A DNA stretch of 63,470 nucleotides, counting the filler, from Perkinsus chesapeaki ATCC PRA-425 (taxonomy: Eukaryota > Protista > Perkinsozoa): the NCBI GenBank assembly GCA_013115145.1. It is 9 parts of 9 records of this genome, joined end to end, with 100 filler letters (N's around TTAATTAATTAA, not from the genome) between each part and the next. Parts side by side here need not be neighbours in the genome. Positions count along the whole stretch, not along the records: positions 47,444 to 55,629 come from JAAPAO010000986.1; positions 55,730 to 56,939 come from JAAPAO010002101.1; positions 57,040 to 59,918 come from JAAPAO010001503.1; positions 60,019 to 63,470 come from JAAPAO010001408.1; 5 more parts are not named here. One strand, written 5' to 3'. Under the pieces are notes generated by a model, which was not told where the DNA came from, ran no database searches, and was given only the letters and a program-made list of their open reading frames with translations. The position numbers and the translations under genes are program-made. Shown here piece after piece: positions 47,444 through 60,056 of the stretch. How positions within the stretch are numbered: position 1 is the stretch's first letter; each line of letters starts with the position of its first letter.

Positions 47444-49456
47444 GAACCTGTCTTGAGTAAGACGAGAGCATACGGAATCTTTGGGGTAGACACGCGAATC
47501 CCGTGACGCGACGTCGGTTGGGCAACCTACCGCCCTGGCACGAGTGACTACAGTCTAGCCACCCATCTCCTCATTCTCCTAATCATATGCCAAGTAGACC
47601 CGTGTCGTGTCTTGATATTAACTTAGCGACACGAGGCTGTCGGAATTACTCGAGTCAGTGTCGCCATCTCGATGTCTTCAACAAACAGTGGGGGAAGGTG
47701 TAGACAGCAGGCGCACATTGTAGAAATGTGCACACAGTGGTGGCGCTCCGGACACTGCTAATGGATTCGATAATACGATTTTACACGTGGTGGTATGATA
47801 GTTAGTACGACCAGGGAAGTTGATCTCAACTTGACCATTAGTGGAAGACCAATGAAAAAACCATACCACAGTGCAACAGTGACTGAGGGTGGTAGTTAAT
47901 TGTGGGTTCAGAGAACGTAGATCTCGTTAGAGGCCCTGGTCAATTCTAGCGTAAACGGGAAGTGTCAGCGCGCGGCTGTGAAAGGGCGCGCGCATCGGTA
48001 GTTAGTACATGAGTGTTTCAATCCAAGGTTTTGGTATTAGCGAACATCGAATGGGCGGGAAGCGCGAAAGTATGGTGAAGTGTAGTCATAGGTTTGCCAT
48101 CTTGCGGACTGTAGGATCAATATGACAGAGTTCTTGATCTGGAATTAGAGTATATTGATATAACGTCAATAATTTTTTTGGGGTTGAATGAGTGACAGGT
48201 CTGTCCTGGAAGGGTCTTTGGGGTTTTATAGAACACAACCCATGGTGCTAGATCTCAGCTATGCTGAGTTTTGTAAGTGATAAGATATACGATAGCACCA
48301 TGCGTTTATGGGGTTATGTATCCAGGACATCCTGTGACAAGTCCACGGGCCTCGGGTTTGTGGTTTGTGGACTTGTCCTTCGCATCACACTCATTCGACC
48401 ATATATATTGGAGAGAGCTTCACGTTGGAGCAACCAATTGATCCCCACTTCAAGGGGGCCCCATGGTGGGCTCTCCGGACAAGACCGGTCCATGAGTAGG
48501 CCCTGCTAGGCAGGTACCCAGGGAAACAAACATGTCTTGAGTGCCGAATCTAGTTGGACACACTGTTATTCAGGCGAATGTTTGCATGCTTAGAACTGCA
48601 AAAAACCCACCATATCCAACTTTTTCTCTTTCATTCTCATGAACTCCCACCTAAACTTCTTATTAGCTGACGCTCAAAACTTTTTGAGGCCCACAAGGGC
48701 ATATCCGCGATAAACTTCACCTCGCAGTGCAAACCGATGAGATAACTTACACGTATATATCATCAGCGGTGAAGGGATTGTAATCGCCTGCTTTACAGCC
48801 ATACTTGGCGGAGTCGGGGTTGCACACCGAGATACTCGAGAAGTTAATGACCACATTATTATCAAATGAAATAATAACCCCTACATACAAACGCATTCTT
48901 CCCCTTCAACTCTTCTTTGTGTCATCCCGAGAGCTTGTGCCCCCATGCTACCACTCGGGAACGCTACATTATAGATCACCGATTGATGACTACTTTCATC
49001 CTCAATGCCGAGTAGCGCAATGCGCTCATTTCAACACCAACTAGAACACAAAGTGCTTGGCAGAGCCAATGCTACTACGGCGGCGCTTTAAATGGTGATT
49101 CAAAAAAGCATTCCCGAACCGACTTCGAGATGGTTGCATGAGTACGTTAATCACACATCGATGGCCTTTCGGCTGTAACCCTCTGAATACCAGTTCACCA
49201 AAATGTGTAATACTTCCCATCTCACTTGTCTTCTGTTACACTGAAAATCTCTTGACATTTCAAAAGATAGAAAGTGAGATAACCAAGCATGTTTTTGGGG
49301 ATTATTGATTCCATATTTTCAATGATAATTTCTATACAGATCAGCCCACAAAATTTACAAACGCCAAGATTAGAGTTCAGGACTACCGCGCGCCGGTAAC
49401 AGTAACGAATTGATAGTCAACGCTATGGCAGCTACTATGAAGAGGAAACGAGGAAA

Positions 49457-51744
49457 CTAAGCAGCATCAGTAATAACAAGATCAACGAGCAATTGCTCGC
49501 CGAGAATCTTCAAATTCTTCCCAGTGCGGGCCATAAGCTCGTAAACTTTATTTCTGGCTAGATACTCATCATCAATCTCGGCCAGATCTTCAGGTTGCAC
49601 TTCTATGTGCACACCACTGAGGAGCACCTGAGAAAGCAAGCAAGGGTACTTCGATCGGAAGGGACCAATAACGACGACGTTATCAGCAAACGGAAGCTGG
49701 TCATCAGCCTTAGAGTCCACGAGCAGGTCTAAACTGGATACGATGGTAAGAAAGGTACTAAAAGTTACAGTCATAATGTATACGATATATTACGGTAATG
49801 ACATGGGTTCGACTCTGATTTCATATATTACAAATTCGGGTTTTTAATTTTTTAATTCGGGTTTCATAAAACCCGAAAACCCGAAAACCCGAATATCTAT
49901 CACAAACCCGAATTTCACTACTAATCGCATTATACACGACAGTGTCTCAACTCGTCAGGACCGCACCTTCCATGTGTAGTCCTGGAAAAAGCAGCAGCTG
50001 CAATCTTACGCAGATTGGATGGGAAACTGGTATTGGGTAGAAATTAAGATAGAAATTAAGATACATCCTAGATCACAGGCACCTCCTTGGCATCCCTACT
50101 TTTCCCAACCCAACCTTCGTTCTCAGAATCGCCGGTTCCCCACTAGCTGCATAAGTATAAAGGACTTCACTTTGGCAATCAGAAGGAAAGCCAGATGCCG
50201 GAAAGCAAGGGCCGCCATTGAAGTACCTAATGGAAGCGCGGATAACGCCAATCTACTAAACGCTATGGGGTGTTCCACTTTGCCGTAAAGATTACCAAAC
50301 CTTAGTTCCTCGAAGTATACATCTCTTGGATATCGAATTCCTCTCCAGCTGGAGGGATCAAGACTGAGGTTTATCAAGCTTGTCCTAGCTGCTTTCCAAG
50401 AAATAGCCGTCCGAGCCAAACGCGTAAAAACACTCTGGTGGCCAAAGAGAACCACCAGATGACCACATCTCCATGAATCTTCTCCTACGTGTATATGCCT
50501 TCATTGTTGCCCCCTCCTTGAGCTCTAAGAATCTTTGCCGCTCTAGCACCAGCCCTTGAATTGTAGTCGTAAGTGGCTATATGAGGCCCGGTCGCTGGTC
50601 CTGGAATAATGGAGCTTCACTTCGCCGTAAGACTGCCTTACCAGTATGGAAGGAAAGCTCTCTTGGACCAACCACTTCCAAAGGACCGCCCTTGTCGAAG
50701 ATACACCTGAAATGTAGAGATGGTGGTGGTGGAGTTATAGAAGACAGCTCTATCTCTCAAGCTCGGACACCACTGCACTACATACTAGTGCCTGCTCACA
50801 CTGCTTTTTCTAGCTTGCACTACCGATAAGGTAATATAACATATTTTGTCATATTCCTCAGTTTGAACTCATTGTACTGGGCCTTCTTGAAGAAGGGACG
50901 GAGCTCAGGGAATCATCAGTAAATTCTGTTAGATGGTCGCAAGTTCGATTCCCAGGCCAGCCATTTTTCTGCGGAGAAAATTTTGCCCGCAAACCTTCAA
51001 GATATCACCAAAACCAGCTTTTCGTATTCTTTCTAGTATCCCCAGAGTAAGAGCTATCGAAAGGTGCCCAGCATGTGATTATCACATTCCTCATCAGTAA
51101 CAACTTACTTTCCCGATGCAAAATAAGCTCCCGCGCACACACCAAGATATGCTCCTCCAGCCTCAACAAAGCACCGTATAGTTCTACATCCCGCACCATT
51201 AAGATCTTCCACCCACCTGTCATCTCAACCATTCCTAATAATCAGCCCCGTCACTTACGGCGAGTCCGCTCCACCAGGAAATACAAGTAAACGGGAGTCT
51301 CTCATCCACGCTCCGTCCAGAAGCTCATGACAATTCAACCGTCCGATCAAAAATCCATGGGGACTTAAAACGCTTTTAAGCCACCGCTCGATGCCTGCCA
51401 GAATATCGCTTCACCACCAACACAACTTCTGTATACGTTTCTAACTGTACGCTATAAGCCCCCTTACTAAACAAAAAGGGCCACTAAATTACAAAGCGTT
51501 AAACACTCACGCTGGAGGTATGCGGTGCGATTGCTGAGTCTGGAAGGGTCACTCAAGTCGAGGGTGATCACAGTATAGAGGAGGCTTCTCCCATTGTCGG
51601 AATAGTAGGATACGAAGAGACTACGCCTGCACCTGTGCCGCGATCCGCCTTAAGCGTAGTGAAATACGCTACACAGGATACCTTCGATTCGACTCGTACT
51701 GGTTGTGTAGAGACATGGGAGTCCGAGGGGTCCCGACCAAGCAT
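49457..51744 (-). CDS. Stand-alone BPL_N domain protein (biotin-protein ligase N-terminal, class I GATase-like), multi-exon; start uncertain
   Basis: Exons give RLLVFPGGADSP, LNGAGCRTIRCFVEAGGAYLGVCAGAYFAS, EVVGPRELSF, YNSRAGARAA, YFNGGPCF, GLGK..VLLSGVHIE; stop at 49457. Confidence 0.82.
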
Positions 51745-52853
51745 TGTTAGTTCCTGTACTACTTTACTTACCGCTGAATTACAATCACCTTACGATATTC
51801 ACGAGCCATAAGAGGTTAACTATATGATGAAATTACATATTACTTCGCAAGGAAGTTCACTGAGACCTAGGAAGTGTATCGAACCCTAGACAGCTAACAC
51901 ATATACTGGCTACAGCCTGCCTGCTCAAAGGAGGCAGGCTGCCTAATATATATCAGACATGATCATATTGGTAAATGCCTGCTGCTGCTGCCCACGCAAG
52001 CCAAGAGCTCATACACTCGCCACGCGTAAGCAGGTACCCATCCCATAACTACCTCCAACACTCCTCTCCGAGCTGCCTCGATCATCGTATATATACACCC
52101 ATTTCTCACTGGAGGCGCAAGAGCCTGTCATGGCTTAAACACTCTATGTAGAGCGCACTGAATTGAACTTCAGTTAACACAACAGACCAGCCAACGCTGC
52201 TATTAAGAGTAACACCTTCTGCATGCTCAGCGACAATCAATTTTACACATCTTCAGTTAATTTACCTTCACCGATACGAACTGTCGTCTTTACTCTCAAA
52301 GCTTCCACCGCGATCTACTTGCTGAAGAAGTTTGTGAACCTATCAGACATAGAACTCCTAAGAGCCGGGACACCCTCTCTGTCGATAATCACAGTGTACT
52401 GGTCTGGGCGCGTGGACTTGGATGGCTCAGTTCTTATGAGGTTTTTAGCGAAAAATGAGTCCCGATATAAGAGCCATACACAGGTTTAGCATCGACTGCC
52501 TTCAAGCCATCATTACTCTTTAATACCCACTGGAATGCATTAGTAGTACTTGCGCAGTGCCAGTCTACCAGTCTAGTGGTAGTCTATTTGTGTCTCGCTG
52601 TTGAGAATATTACTAGTTATAAACTACATACAGGGTTCTACAATGTTCGATACTGCGAGCCCAGGCGAGTTAGTGAAAATGATTATTATTATATTATTAC
52701 CTCTGCTGCAATGCCTTCGAACTTCCAAGTAGATAGATCTACAAGCTCCTGAAGTTCAGCACTCCCAACACCTCCTCCACGGTTACTTATCAGTAGACGA
52801 CCTGAGGTAATAGCCTAAGAACCGGAGAACGACCGAAGATTAAAAAATCCAAA

Positions 52854-52935
52854 CGACACCTGTGGGATTCGAACCCACGCGGGCAGAGCCCAACGGCTTA
52901 GCAGGCCGCCGCCTTAACCACTCGGCCAAAGTGTC
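52854..52935 (-). tRNA. tRNA-Ser(GCT)
   Basis: GACACTTTGGCCGAGTGGTTAAGGCGGCGGCCTGCTAAGCCGTTGGGCTCTGCCCGCGTGGGTTCGAATCCCACAGGTGTCG. Cloverleaf with long variable arm, anticodon loop CTGCTAA, T-run terminator downstream. Confidence 0.97.
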
Positions 52936-53049
52936 TTGCGTGACTTTGATTATACTTCTTCGTCCATCCGAAATCACCTTAAGATTCCTCCCTTCACCTT
53001 TGACTTACTCATCTCCTTCAATGCATCCGTTGCCGTCTTCGCGCTCGGA

Positions 53050-53900
53050 TCCTCAGAATCGTACACCGAAACACACAGCTGGCACGTAACGTCATTTTGA
53101 CGTCCCGATGGAAAAACGTCAATCCTGCCAACGACAAGATAATTTACAAACCGCCGCCACTCCTCGGCACCTTCGTATGCTTATCCCCATCAGCCGCTGC
53201 AGCGCTGCTCTCACCGTCTCGCATGTCACATCAGACCCAGCCTGGGCATCGGCGTCGACTTCTTCGAATGACGTCACCGTCGCGCGCCACCAATCACCAT
53301 GTCTCACTATTGTACCTGGCACAACCTGTTCAACCAAGCACACGAGGGAGAATCTTTCGTCAGGTTGAAAGTCTCATCTCAAAAACAAAACGAGAAGCGA
53401 TACGAAATTACGAATGGCAAGAAAGCCCATCCAGCATCCCCAAGCCAAAGCCGAGAAATTCCCATCCACCCAGAAAGCCTGGGAGAACCACACCCTCATT
53501 ACATCCACTATTAGGAGCGAACACCGCCCCGCCTCCCCCAGCAAGAGTCGACCCCGGCGGTGCCAATACTTTCCGTTCACGGAAGTAAGGTGCGCTATCC
53601 GGTGGCGGAGGCACAGTGCACGCCCTCGCTCGCCGAGTGCCAACTGTATAATAGATATTCCTGTTACAGAGCACGTACACTTCACAGCATCCACCAACTA
53701 CTACCGAAATAGCTCCTCGATGACTTGATCAGTAGGGCGACAAGGGTGCAGGTAATCCAACAGAAGCCGACCAACCGCATCTGCACTCGGATGGCTCGCA
53801 TCGTCCCCACCTCGACCAGCTCGTCTACCCTCCCCCGCCGGCGGTGAACTCGCGTTATACCAAGAGGCACAAATCCCTATGAACAAAATGCCAAACCATG
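53050..53900 (+). mobile_element. Possible degenerate non-LTR retrotransposon 3' region
   Basis: Overlapping frameshifted ORFs with pieces resembling post-RT and zinc-knuckle regions (KIIYK, ECQLYN..HSIHQ). No core RT motif seen. Confidence 0.25.
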
Positions 53901-55629
53901 CATGCAGCCCGCTCTACCAGCCAAGCTTTGCGCCAAAGCAAATATCTGCTGCCGGAGCACCCGGCACTCCTCACTTCTATCAGCAGGAGTGTGACGAACA
54001 GACAAAGGACTTAATCTGAACCATCCCTTCAATCAGCCTCGTGGACATCATAACTACTTTCGTTGGGGCGATCTGTATTGATTAGCTTCCACAGCTAATG
54101 CTCGAGAGGGAGGCACCCCATACTGTGGAACATGCTGAGGTCTAACCTCCGTGTAGGATGTCTTAGGTTGAGCCCATCTTGGACTACTAGTCTGGTAGGA
54201 ACTGAGGAGAGCCACAACTTGACCACAGTAAGATAAGATGCTTTGGGCATTCCCAGCACACTGCATTCACAACGCTTTCAGCAGCCATCCCAAAAAGCAA
54301 CAAAGAATATGAGAGCACTTAATGAACTGACTTATTAGTATCCACAAATACCCGTGCGCGAGGCTCTTTCTTTTGCTGCAACACAGCCAGGCCATTATAT
54401 AGCTCCAACAGAGTCTACTGTGTCATACTCACCCTCCAAAATGAGATTATAACCCCCCCCGACGTGCATAAGATAGTAGCTCTTCACCTACAAGTCTATT
54501 ACTATTATTATTATCTCCAATGCCATCTACGCGTTTACTCCTATTGTGTTTCATACCAAACCTTCTACAAATCACCCCCTTAGTACTATGGCTGCCCCCT
54601 ATGACTCGGTGTGCCCTCCTCTCTGATCTCCACAGGGGCCCTCCTCGGTGGCAATACTTCTACGTACCGGTCGCGAGGGTTGCTGTTGACGCCTGGTGAC
54701 CACCATCGGTCAACCTAGATGACATTGTGACAGAGACCCTCGGATAGACTCACCTTCACATCGTGACCATACGGCGGAGGGGTCCTGCCTCCACGGGGAG
54801 GGACTTCTACCACGGGAGGAGGAGGATAGCAGGAATTGCGATCCAAGAGTCCTTCTCTGGGGCACTAAAGTTGAGCTATTTAGTATCCTGCAAGATTAAC
54901 CTAAAGATATTCACCTGTGGGCCATGTAAATGCTTAACACAATTGCATCTTGTGCATCTTGGAACTGGCTGGGAGCTCGGAATGTTACTCCGGGAATTAG
55001 GAGAAGCTACCGTATGAGGCGACCCGGATTCCATCAAGCCAAACTGACCAAATGATACTCCCTAGAGAGGATATTGCCTCGGGCTGAATCCCTCCTAAGA
55101 CTCATTCACACACAGTAGTGTAAGAGTTAAGCCCACGGATCTATAAGGCGAGGAATCCACCAAATTTAGCAACGCAGCTCCGTTAGCTCTTTAGATGCTT
55201 CCCCGTGAGACCCGGTGGGTGGAGGAGGCCCTTAAGCTTGTATTCAATTCAAATGATATTGCCCGGCATAAGGGGCGCAGCCCATCCCCGTGCACACGCC
55301 CCCATACAGGCTCGGCCAGCATGAAGCTACCAGTAATGGATCAGGTTAGACTAACACTACCTTACTAAGCACGTAGTAAGCTATAACAACGTAAGAGGTC
55401 GAGAGGAGTCAGAACTACAGCAACGACGCCCGCAGCGGACCGCCTCGAGGTCTTACGGGAAATGCCAATCACAGTTGCGCGGATGAACAGCGCACGCCTA
55501 AGAAATTACTTCATGCTCATGCGTTCGTCTGACGGTGACCCCCTGGAGGAACACGGTGGTGTGAGAGATCTTCACATTATCGATCCCTTGGGCGAGCGCG
55601 ACATTTCTGCCTTAGAGCGCGTTGCACAC

Positions 55630-55729
55630 NNNNNNNNNNNNNNNNNNNNNNNNNNNNNNNNNNNNNNNNNNNNTTAATTAATTAANNNNNNNNNNNNNNN
55701 NNNNNNNNNNNNNNNNNNNNNNNNNNNNN
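55630..55729. other. Artificial contig-joining linker
   Basis: Same 100-bp linker. Confidence 0.97.
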
Positions 55730-56939
55730 AAAGAGATCGTGAGCAAGCCTCCATGGTCCGTGGCACGTCGAAAACAGTTGAATGCGCGTTCTGAGCTTAT
55801 ACAGGGTGCGTATAATGAAATTACGAGGCTCGTAGCTTTTTATGTTGAGAGATACCAATTGAAAGCCCTAGTTGAACCCTGTTGGTATGATCCCCTATTA
55901 CTACGGTAGAGGTTATGTGTCTGTTGTGCGGATACCTAGACGGCAGCATTGGCCGTCGGAGCTCGACCTCCGTCTGTGTCGTAGCCAATACCTGCTTCCA
56001 CCTTGGGTATACTCCCCAGGCTAACTCAGAGAGCCTGATGCCGACCAGCACTCGGTGGATGAACGTGACACTGATGTAGCACTAACTCAGTGAGAAGCTC
56101 GAGCGCTAGTTCGGACGTCACTCAGCTCTAGTGGGAACCCTTCTCACTCAGATACAAACCCTAGGGCATGTGAGAATCGTAGGTTTGGGTCTATATCGGC
56201 TTGGGGATCTAAGTTGTCCATAAATTTACGGGCCAGCATCCTGGCACAGTGAAATCCGGACAAAACAGAAATGAGAGGCATCATGTTACGTGGTTCGTGT
56301 AGCATTTTGGTACTGTATGGTATTACATGCTATCTATCAAACACTTCGCAGCTTGCCAGAATAATATTAAACGAACAACTCTCATGCTCGGCGTGCCCAG
56401 AAGATGCGTGGAAACGGCATAGTTACATGCTTCATGCTAGGGCGAAAAGATATCGAGGCCCGAACCAAGGACGAAGTTCACGGAGCTCAGGTATGCCCGA
56501 GCTCTGTGATGGTGGGAGGGTGCGTGGGCGCTCGTCCGGTTAGTGCCTTTCCCAACTCCTGCTTGAGGGCTCAACTAATAAAGTTATTATACGTTACGCC
56601 GCACGTGATCACCACAACTTGCGTTCACGGGTTCTGTTGTGGGCATGATAATAATTCAGATAGAGCGAGATTTAGCGTGCAGTATCGGTGCTACTGTAAC
56701 CTGACTAAGGTTTAGCGAAGCAATATGAGTATCGAAGACTGTATATCGTGAAAACTTATCTTATTTGCTCTGCTTATGTGAGATATGAATACGTTGGATC
56801 GAACCCATGGAGTGTGTGCAAGAGGAACTTTCTCGGGCAACAGATAGCATGACTAGCATCACAATCTATAGTAGTGCCCGTCGGGTGCCAAATTGAGATG
56901 GTCTCTTTAGGTTGTGTCCCTTTGTTGGCGCGATGCTGG

Positions 56940-57039
56940 NNNNNNNNNNNNNNNNNNNNNNNNNNNNNNNNNNNNNNNNNNNNTTAATTAATTAANNNNN
57001 NNNNNNNNNNNNNNNNNNNNNNNNNNNNNNNNNNNNNNN
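56940..57039. other. Artificial contig-joining linker
   Basis: Same 100-bp linker. Confidence 0.97.
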
Positions 57040-57896
57040 TCACAGTAATGGTTGTGGTTCACAACTTATGAACAAAGGACCTGTATGATTGCAGCAATTT
57101 GCAGCATATATTTGAGGCAGTATACGAGTTGTAAAAGAGGTACTGAGACTTTTCAGGTTGTGGATTGACCATAAATTAAACTTTTTTATTTTCTTCCACA
57201 TGGACATATCTAGCTGCTAGATTCTAGCAGATATCATCTGGTTTCCCATTTCCATCTTTACATGTCTTTGCTGACATCATGTCACGAGCCGTAACTCACG
57301 ACAACTACCACGCAAAGGTAACGCTAGGCAAGACCCTCTTCGAAGTGGATGGGTGCTGAGGTGAATTGGTCCACAAACGCAGTGTTTTTCATATGTTTGT
57401 GCTGAGGTCCATTACTATACGAAGTACAAGGCGAAGTTGGCTGCTAGCGGAACTGAGCTGTCAAGGTTGCCGTGTTCACTAGATGTTTGAGGGCACAAGT
57501 CCTAAGCAATATCGAGTGCAACGCAACTCATATAAGGTATAGAAGGTCAACAGGATGGCTCTCATTCTGGAGTAGGCTAAAAATAGTGAGGGTTCGCGCG
57601 GGAACAATAAAACTGTCAGTTGCGTTTCCGCAGGAATGCGGCACAGTTACAGCTACAGATATTGAATGGTTCCCGACGAGAGTACTACTCTGAGAGTAGG
57701 ACTGGTGACAGATGAAATTAACGAGGGAACCAACAGCTGGAGAGAATGTAGACTTTCTGAGCCAACTATGCTGGAATTGTAACTGAACACATCAACGTCA
57801 TGAAGATAGAATTCATATCCTATAAGGCTGAATCGGAAGCTGATCTCTACGAATTGGGACGTATAACACCGCTAATACCAAGATAGGTAATGGTTA

Positions 57897-59033
57897 CTAG
57901 GAAACACCAATAGCTAGGTTAGCTATTCCTACTCTTCCTTTCTCCGGATGGAATTCGAAGTATTTTCCAATAAATGCATCACCAGGGAGGGTCCATCGGG
58001 GTTCCGTACGGCTTGTTTCAGTGCTGATAATGACACCGCACTGATCGGTGGTACGATATTGACGAACATAGTTATTATGAAGGAGAACTAACGGAACTTC
58101 ACCCTTAGCACCAAAGTAGAACGTAATAGCTGGAAAATGAGCCCGTTGTTTACAAGAGAAGGTATATAGTCTCCAATCGGGATCCCATGTGAACTTAATC
58201 TCTATACCGGCAGAGTTTGATGCTTGCGATCGGATCTCGCTCAGTATACCATTGAAGTAAATCTGAGGGACATACATAGAATTGCTACCAGTATCGAGGA
58301 GGACATTCTGGTCGATGCCGATGGTTAAGCGCCCATCGCCCACTTGCATGTAACTGAGTTTGACTGTGTACTCCTCCTGACTGGTGAAGCTGACATAACG
58401 TAGTGGATTTTTGTAGAGGTTGGGGTCACCACCACCTAGTAAGAGTTTACCAAACTTGTCGTTCTTTAGATAAATCGCAAATGTCATGGAGCTTATGCGT
58501 TTCGGACGAGCATTGGCTAACTGATGCAACAGGGAATCGAAGTCACCGTCGGCAAAGGGCGCAAGACCAAGTATGCTTATGGACTTCTCTACCAAGGGTG
58601 AAGGATACTGGTTACAAATCAATCCGAAGGATGATCTCGGTATCTGAACAGAACCTAGCTTGATCGAGTCCTCATGATTGAACACCCCCACAGCCATTCC
58701 GTCTTCGATGACAATGACGTAAGGGTCATCAGGAGGACGGATTCCTGGACACGAGTAGCAACCCGCAGCAAGGGCATCACATGCTCCCACACCGACTTCA
58801 CGCTCGTACCATTCCTTCCAAACGAAGAAGAGGCTCGTCGATCCAGTGTCCACTAAGGCAGAGACTTCGTACCCAGGGAAACCGACCACGCAGAACAGGC
58901 CTATGCCATATCCGCCAAGATTTCCATATCTGATATCTAGATCCAGTACTTGGCCCATTATGGTCGGCAGTAAGCGGAAGGCAGACTGGATAAAGTGACA
59001 AGCCAGGAGAACTTGTACAAGGCGGCCCCTCAT
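57897..59033 (-). CDS. Secreted pepsin-like aspartic protease (family A1), intronless
   Basis: Signal peptide; two catalytic motifs ALVDTGST and LLDTGSN; GILGL-like SILGLA; LLLGG; WTLPGDAFIGKYFEF. Confidence 0.94.
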   Translation of the reverse strand: MRGRLVQVLLACHFIQSAFRLLPTIMGQVLDLDIRYGNLGGYGIGLFCVVGFPGYEVSALVDTGSTSLFFVWKEWYEREVGVGACDALAAGCYSCPGIRPPDDPYVIVIEDGMAVGVFNHEDSIKLGSVQIPRSSFGLICNQYPSPLVEKSISILGLAPFADGDFDSLLHQLANARPKRISSMTFAIYLKNDKFGKLLLGGGDPNLYKNPLRYVSFTSQEEYTVKLSYMQVGDGRLTIGIDQNVLLDTGSNSMYVPQIYFNGILSEIRSQASNSAGIEIKFTWDPDWRLYTFSCKQRAHFPAITFYFGAKGEVPLVLLHNNYVRQYRTTDQCGVIISTETSRTEPRWTLPGDAFIGKYFEFHPEKGRVGIANLAIGVS

Positions 59034-59918
59034 TAAGACGATCGCAACGTGGGTTGGAACTCTACGGCTTCTCTACAGCAGGATCAACCGTCAGGAGACA
59101 GTGCTTGCGTCATGTCCCGCACCGGTGGAACTCCCACCATGGCAGCAGCCACGGCAACCGTTACCGACACGCCAAATTCGGTTAATACCAACTTTGGAAT
59201 GAGACAGTAAGTCGATGATCTGATATACTCCGCGCTCTTTCATGTCATATACGTAATGCGGTGGGATTCGACGCTGGCTCCGATTCGGCTGGATATAAAT
59301 CAGGGCAGCAGAAATGGCATCCGTGGAGCCAGCAATGGTCAGCTTCATCATCAGCCGTATGTGCTCAAATACTCTTAATCATAGGTTACAATACTCAAAA
59401 AAATACCGTTGGTAGCACATGAGTCAAACTATCATAAGTCTACCATGCTAGACTAGCATAGCAGCCTGAAATATCATGCTAACGGGCGTTGACCGTGTCA
59501 CGGCAACAGCGCTCCTCCACTACACCAGTAGAACTGCCTGCACCCAGATGAAGCGAAATGGAGACCATTAGGTATGTGTAACCATATTGGTTGTCTCCTG
59601 TCCTCGGAGAGGCAGCGTCGCTAGGCTACTCGACGAGCAACTCTGGTTCGCGGACGAGGTCTAAGTCAGCTATTCTATCCTCTGGGCCAGACCACTACTG
59701 CCGTCAGAGGCTCTGGCCACAGAAGTCGCGCACCGCAACTCGCGGTGGAGCGAGGCTGTCTCAAACTCGCGGCCCATAAGAGGCACTCTACCTATATTTG
59801 GGCAGTTTCTTCAAGTCGATACCAAGGCCGACTTTTTATCTTCCCGTACGTGCACGTCAGTGACGTGCGACTGGAAGTATATACGAGTTCTGCCGGCTTA
59901 CTGCGTTACAAACTCCTA

Positions 59919-60018
59919 NNNNNNNNNNNNNNNNNNNNNNNNNNNNNNNNNNNNNNNNNNNNTTAATTAATTAANNNNNNNNNNNNNNNNNNNNNNNNNN
60001 NNNNNNNNNNNNNNNNNN
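59919..60018. other. Artificial contig-joining linker
   Basis: Same 100-bp linker. Confidence 0.97.
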
Positions 60019-60056
60019 ACACACCAGCTGACTTATCCGAGTCTACTCCATTTCCT

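Noticed and set aside
49457-49774. Independent 105-aa gene
   Set aside because: Its 3' part is the last BPL_N exon and its 5' part is intron read-through.
52862-53089. ORF MGFEPTRAEP...
   Set aside because: It is the classic antisense translation of a tRNA gene.
59444-59460. Another excision scar (ATGCTAG-A-CTAGCAT)
   Set aside because: It is one-sided and short, with no third copy, and could be chance.
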